A DNA stretch of 64,000 bases from a bacterium (GTDB lineage Bacteria > Hinthialibacterota > Hinthialibacteria > Hinthialibacterales > Hinthialibacteraceae): assembly GCA_016125385.1 (NCBI GenBank), contig WGLV01000013.1, forward strand, positions 26,006-90,005, in the 5' to 3' direction. The position numbers were made by a program, and so were the translations under genes. The notes under the pieces were generated by a model. That model was not told the DNA's origin and searched no databases. It saw only the letters and a program-made list of their open reading frames with translations. The stretch's first letter is position 1, and each line of letters opens with the position of its first letter. This document shows, in pieces, positions 60,538 through 64,000 of this stretch.

Positions 60538-63339
60538 ATGGCAATTCTCGACTCGAACCGCCTCAAGGCGCAGGGCGAAACCATGATTACCGACAAGAAG
60601 AATTCAAGCGAAAAATCCGAAACACGCAAGTTACGTTTCTCACGACGCTATACCGAGGCGGGAAAAGCGCCGTTCGATCAGGTCGAGTGGGAAAAACGCG
60701 ACGCCGTGATCTCCGGTGAAAAAGGCGACGTTGTTTTTGAACAGCGTGGAGTCGAGTTCCCCAAAAAGTGGTCGCAACTCGCGACCAATGTGGTGGTATC
60801 AAAATACTTTCGCGGCACAATGGGCTCGCCCGAGCGTGAAAGCAGCGTCCGCCAGCTGATCGGCCGCGTGGTCAACACCATTGTCTCATGGGGTCAGCGC
60901 CAGATGTATTTCGCCACCCAGAACGATCAGGACGCCTTCCGCGATGAGTTAACCTACCTGCTGCTTCATCAGCACGCGTCGTTCAACAGCCCCGTCTGGT
61001 TTAACGTGGGCGTTGAAAAAGAGCCCCAGTGCTCAGCCTGTTTCATCAATTCGGTCAACGATACGATGGAATCGATCCTCACCCTGGCGCGCACCGAAGG
61101 CATGCTGTTCAAATTCGGCTCGGGCACGGGGTCGAACTTGTCGGCCATCCGTTCATCGAAAGAGAAACTGCGCGGCGGCGGCAGCGCCTCCGGCCCGGTC
61201 TCGTTCATGAAGGGCTATGACGCGTTCGCCGGCGTAATCAAATCGGGCGGCAAAACCCGCCGCGCCGCCAAGATGGTGATTCTCAATATGGATCACCCCG
61301 ACGTCGTTGAATTCATTCAAAGCAAGGCGAAAGAAGAGAAAAAAGCCTGGGCGTTGATCGACGCGGGTTACGATTCGTCGTTCAACGGCGAAGCCTACAG
61401 TTCAATCTTCTTCCAAAACGCCAACCACAGCGTGCGCGTGACCGATGATTACATGCGCGCGGTGGAGGAAAACGGCGAGTGGAGCACGAAGTACGTATTG
61501 GGCGGCGCCCCCTGTGAAACCTACAAGGCGCGCGACCTGATGCGCATGGTGGCGCAGTGCACCTACGACTGCGGCGACCCCGGCATGCAGTTCCATACCA
61601 CCGTTAACAAGTGGCACACCTGCCCCGCCGACGGCCCCATCAACGCCTCCAACCCGTGCTCTGAATATATGTTCCTCGACGATACCGCCTGCAACCTGGC
61701 GTCGATCAACCTGATGAAGTACATGCGCGAGGATGGAACCTTCGACGTGGACGCCTTCAAACACACCGTCGACGTGATGATCACCGCGCAGGAGATTCTG
61801 GTCGATAACGCCAGCTACCCGACGGAAAAAATCGATGAGAAAAGCCATATCTTCCGCACGCTGGGGCTGGGTTACGCCAACCTGGGCGCACTGTTGATGG
61901 CCAATGGCCTGCCCTACGACAGCGATGAAGGACGCGGCTACGCGGCGGCGATCACTTCGCTGATGTGCGGCGAAGCCTACGCGCAGAGCGCGCGGATCGC
62001 CGAGTCGATGGGGCCGTTCGAGGGCTACGCCCGCAACGAAAAACCTATGCTCGACGTGATCCGTATGCACCGCGACGCCTCGTACGGCATCGATTCACGT
62101 CTCGCGCCCAAACGCCTGCATGACGCCGCCAACCAGTCATGGGAAGACGCGGTGCAGCTGGGTGAAAGCCACGGATACCGCAACGCCCAGGTCACCGTGC
62201 TGGCCCCGACCGGTACCATCGCCTTCATGATGGATTGCGACACCACCGGCATCGAGCCCGATATCGCGCTGGTGAAATACAAGAGCCTTGTAGGCGGCGG
62301 CGTGTTGAAAATCGTCAATAACACCGTACCCAAGGCGCTGAAAAAACTGGGTTACAGCCAGGACCAGGTGTTGAAGGTCGTTGGCTACGTCGATGAAAAC
62401 GACACCATCGAAGGCGCGCCCGCGCTGAACGATGACCACCTGCCGGTTTTCGACTGCGCCTTCAAGCCCGCCAACGGCAAGCGCTCGATTCATTACATGG
62501 GCCACATCCGCATGATGGGCGCGGTTCAGCCCTTTATCTCGGGCGCGATCTCCAAAACGGTGAATCTGCCTGAAGAAGCCAGCGTCGAAGAGATTGAAAA
62601 CGCCTACATGGCCGCCTGGAAACTCGGTCTCAAAGCGGTGGCGATCTACCGTGACGGCTGCAAAAAGGTTCAGCCGCTTCAGACCCGCAAGAGCAGCAGC
62701 AAGGCGGAAGCGAAACCCGCCGCCGAGACGAGCGCCCCGGGCAAACCCTACCGCCGCCGTCTGCCCGACGAACGCGAGGCGATCACCCACAAATTCAGCA
62801 TCGCGGGGCACGAGGGCTATATCACCGTCGGCCTGTTCCCCGACGGCATGCCCGGCGAGATCTTTTTGACCATGGCCAAAGAAGGCAGCGTGGTTTCGGG
62901 CCTGATGGACGCCTTCGCCACGGCGATTTCGCTGGCGTTGCAGTACGGCGTTCCGCTGGAGGTTCTGGTCAATAAGTTCTCACACACGCGCTTTGAACCG
63001 GCGGGCTTCACCGGTAATCCGGAGATTCCCATCGCCAAGTCGATCACCGATTACATTTTCCGCTGGCTGGCTTCGAAGTTCCTCAACAAAGAGGCTCAGC
63101 AGCAACTTGGAATCATCGACCGGAGCAAAAAAGCGACCGCGAACGATTACAGCGACCTCAACGGCGTGGATAACGGCCTCTCGCCCGCGAGCGAAGACAG
63201 TGGAGCCAATAAAAACGGCGGCTTCACCTTCGAAGTGCAGGCCGACGCGCCTCCCTGCCACGAATGCGGCGCGATCATGGTGCGCAACGGAGCGTGTTAC
63301 AAGTGCATGAACTGCGGCGCGACCAGCGGCTGTTCGTGA
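60538..63339 (+). CDS. nrdJ: Class II (adenosylcobalamin-dependent) ribonucleotide reductase with TSCPD-like and Zn-ribbon C-terminus
   Basis: FNSPVWFN, SACFI, RRAAKM, NPCSEY, ACNLAS, APTGTI, ISKTVN, YRDG; C-terminal CHECG..CYKCMNCGATSGCS. Confidence 0.96.
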   Translation: MAILDSNRLKAQGETMITDKKNSSEKSETRKLRFSRRYTEAGKAPFDQVEWEKRDAVISGEKGDVVFEQRGVEFPKKWSQLATNVVVSKYFRGTMGSPERESSVRQLIGRVVNTIVSWGQRQMYFATQNDQDAFRDELTYLLLHQHASFNSPVWFNVGVEKEPQCSACFINSVNDTMESILTLARTEGMLFKFGSGTGSNLSAIRSSKEKLRGGGSASGPVSFMKGYDAFAGVIKSGGKTRRAAKMVILNMDHPDVVEFIQSKAKEEKKAWALIDAGYDSSFNGEAYSSIFFQNANHSVRVTDDYMRAVEENGEWSTKYVLGGAPCETYKARDLMRMVAQCTYDCGDPGMQFHTTVNKWHTCPADGPINASNPCSEYMFLDDTACNLASINLMKYMREDGTFDVDAFKHTVDVMITAQEILVDNASYPTEKIDEKSHIFRTLGLGYANLGALLMANGLPYDSDEGRGYAAAITSLMCGEAYAQSARIAESMGPFEGYARNEKPMLDVIRMHRDASYGIDSRLAPKRLHDAANQSWEDAVQLGESHGYRNAQVTVLAPTGTIAFMMDCDTTGIEPDIALVKYKSLVGGGVLKIVNNTVPKALKKLGYSQDQVLKVVGYVDENDTIEGAPALNDDHLPVFDCAFKPANGKRSIHYMGHIRMMGAVQPFISGAISKTVNLPEEASVEEIENAYMAAWKLGLKAVAIYRDGCKKVQPLQTRKSSSKAEAKPAAETSAPGKPYRRRLPDEREAITHKFSIAGHEGYITVGLFPDGMPGEIFLTMAKEGSVVSGLMDAFATAISLALQYGVPLEVLVNKFSHTRFEPAGFTGNPEIPIAKSITDYIFRWLASKFLNKEAQQQLGIIDRSKKATANDYSDLNGVDNGLSPASEDSGANKNGGFTFEVQADAPPCHECGAIMVRNGACYKCMNCGATSGCS

Positions 63340-63392
63340 TCTGAAACGCAAAAAGACGCATCCAATCCTGAAAAAATCTGAATAACCTTCCT

Positions 63393-63425
63393 TGCTCCCC
63401 GGTTTCGGCCGGGGAGTATTTTTTT
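63393..63425 (+). terminator. Rho-independent terminator of nrdJ
   Basis: TGCTCCCCGGT-TTCG-GCCGGGGAGTA-TTTTTTT. Confidence 0.85.
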
Positions 63426-63610
63426 GCCGGTCCGGCTGGCTTGCGGCGTACTCGGCGCCTTACAATCGCATCGAAGCATCGTAAACTAATAGCGATTTTG
63501 CATCCGTCTCATGCGCCGCCGGCCGTCCGGCATCCTGAACCTCATCGAACCGGCGCGCGTTGCGTTGGCGTTGGAAGTTTCATGAAAATGAAACGATGCG
63601 GCGGTAACCC

Positions 63611-64000
63611 ATGCCGGAAAACAAATTACACGTCTGCCTCAATAAGGAAACGCGCGAAGTCTTTTTCGCTTCCATGGTCGATCGCAAAGACCTCCACGCC
63701 GACCTGCGCACGTCTTATAACATCGACAAGGGTATGACGCTGTTAATCATGCCCATTGCGGAAGACTGGAAAGGCGGAACCATCGCCGCCGACGCGATCG
63801 TCAATTCGACGAAATCGATCGAAGCCCACGTCATCCGAACGGAAGGCCGCGGCGCCTTCCGGGTGAGAATGTTAACCGGCGATCAGAAAGACATCGCCGA
63901 ACGGGTGCGATCCGGCGGATTGCGGGGCAACCGCCTCGCCGTCGATGTGCAGGAAGTCGGCGCGATCTTCGAGATTCGCCTCAGCGGGCGCATCGGCGTG
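63611..64000 (+). CDS. Hypothetical protein (partial), possibly entering a STAS domain at the window edge
   Basis: Open frame MPENKLHVCLNKETREVFF...VQEVGAIFEIRLSGRIGV running off the end; not in the ORF track. Confidence 0.6.
   Translation, partial: MPENKLHVCLNKETREVFFASMVDRKDLHADLRTSYNIDKGMTLLIMPIAEDWKGGTIAADAIVNSTKSIEAHVIRTEGRGAFRVRMLTGDQKDIAERVRSGGLRGNRLAVDVQEVGAIFEIRLSGRIGV

Overview
A 64 kb, GC-rich (coding) bacterial chromosomal window with about 48 genes, mostly housekeeping or accessory, separated by a few AT-rich intergenic regions. I found no rRNA, tRNA, CRISPR array, transposase or prophage. Recognisable genes are larC (partial), an Fe-ADH/O-antigen-ligase-like/GT4 operon, PfpI, an orphan fliN, a DUF3857-transglutaminase-TPR gene pair, a PP2C phosphatase, Nif3, an M16 peptidase, bioD-bioA, rfbB-rfbA, a Maf protein, moaD-moaE, pckA, a stand-alone fusA, rpmE, an anaerobic sulfatase maturase, and nrdJ with tandem NrdR boxes. 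The style of the prepilin and of the C-terminal DWSLF motif suggests a Hinthialibacterota (OLB16)/Sumerlaeota-like organism; this is inference only. The best leads are: (1) a compact bacterial-microcompartment operon (BMC-H, PduL, flavoprotein, acylating aldehyde dehydrogenase, STAS-like ORF) with three encapsulation peptides but no signature enzyme or pentamer; (2) a secreted protein ending in a candidate C-terminal sorting motif, next to a lineage-type pseudopilin and a divergent GH116-like protein; (3) a histone-H1-like tail fused to a catalytically degenerate Nudix fold; (4) a degenerate GGDEF-RHH protein upstream of a sigma54-driven HTH regulator; (5) two unlinked paralogues of an unrecognised membrane-anchored domain; and (6) a roughly 230 nt nested-hairpin candidate ncRNA. 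All protein family calls come from motif recognition by eye, not from database searches.
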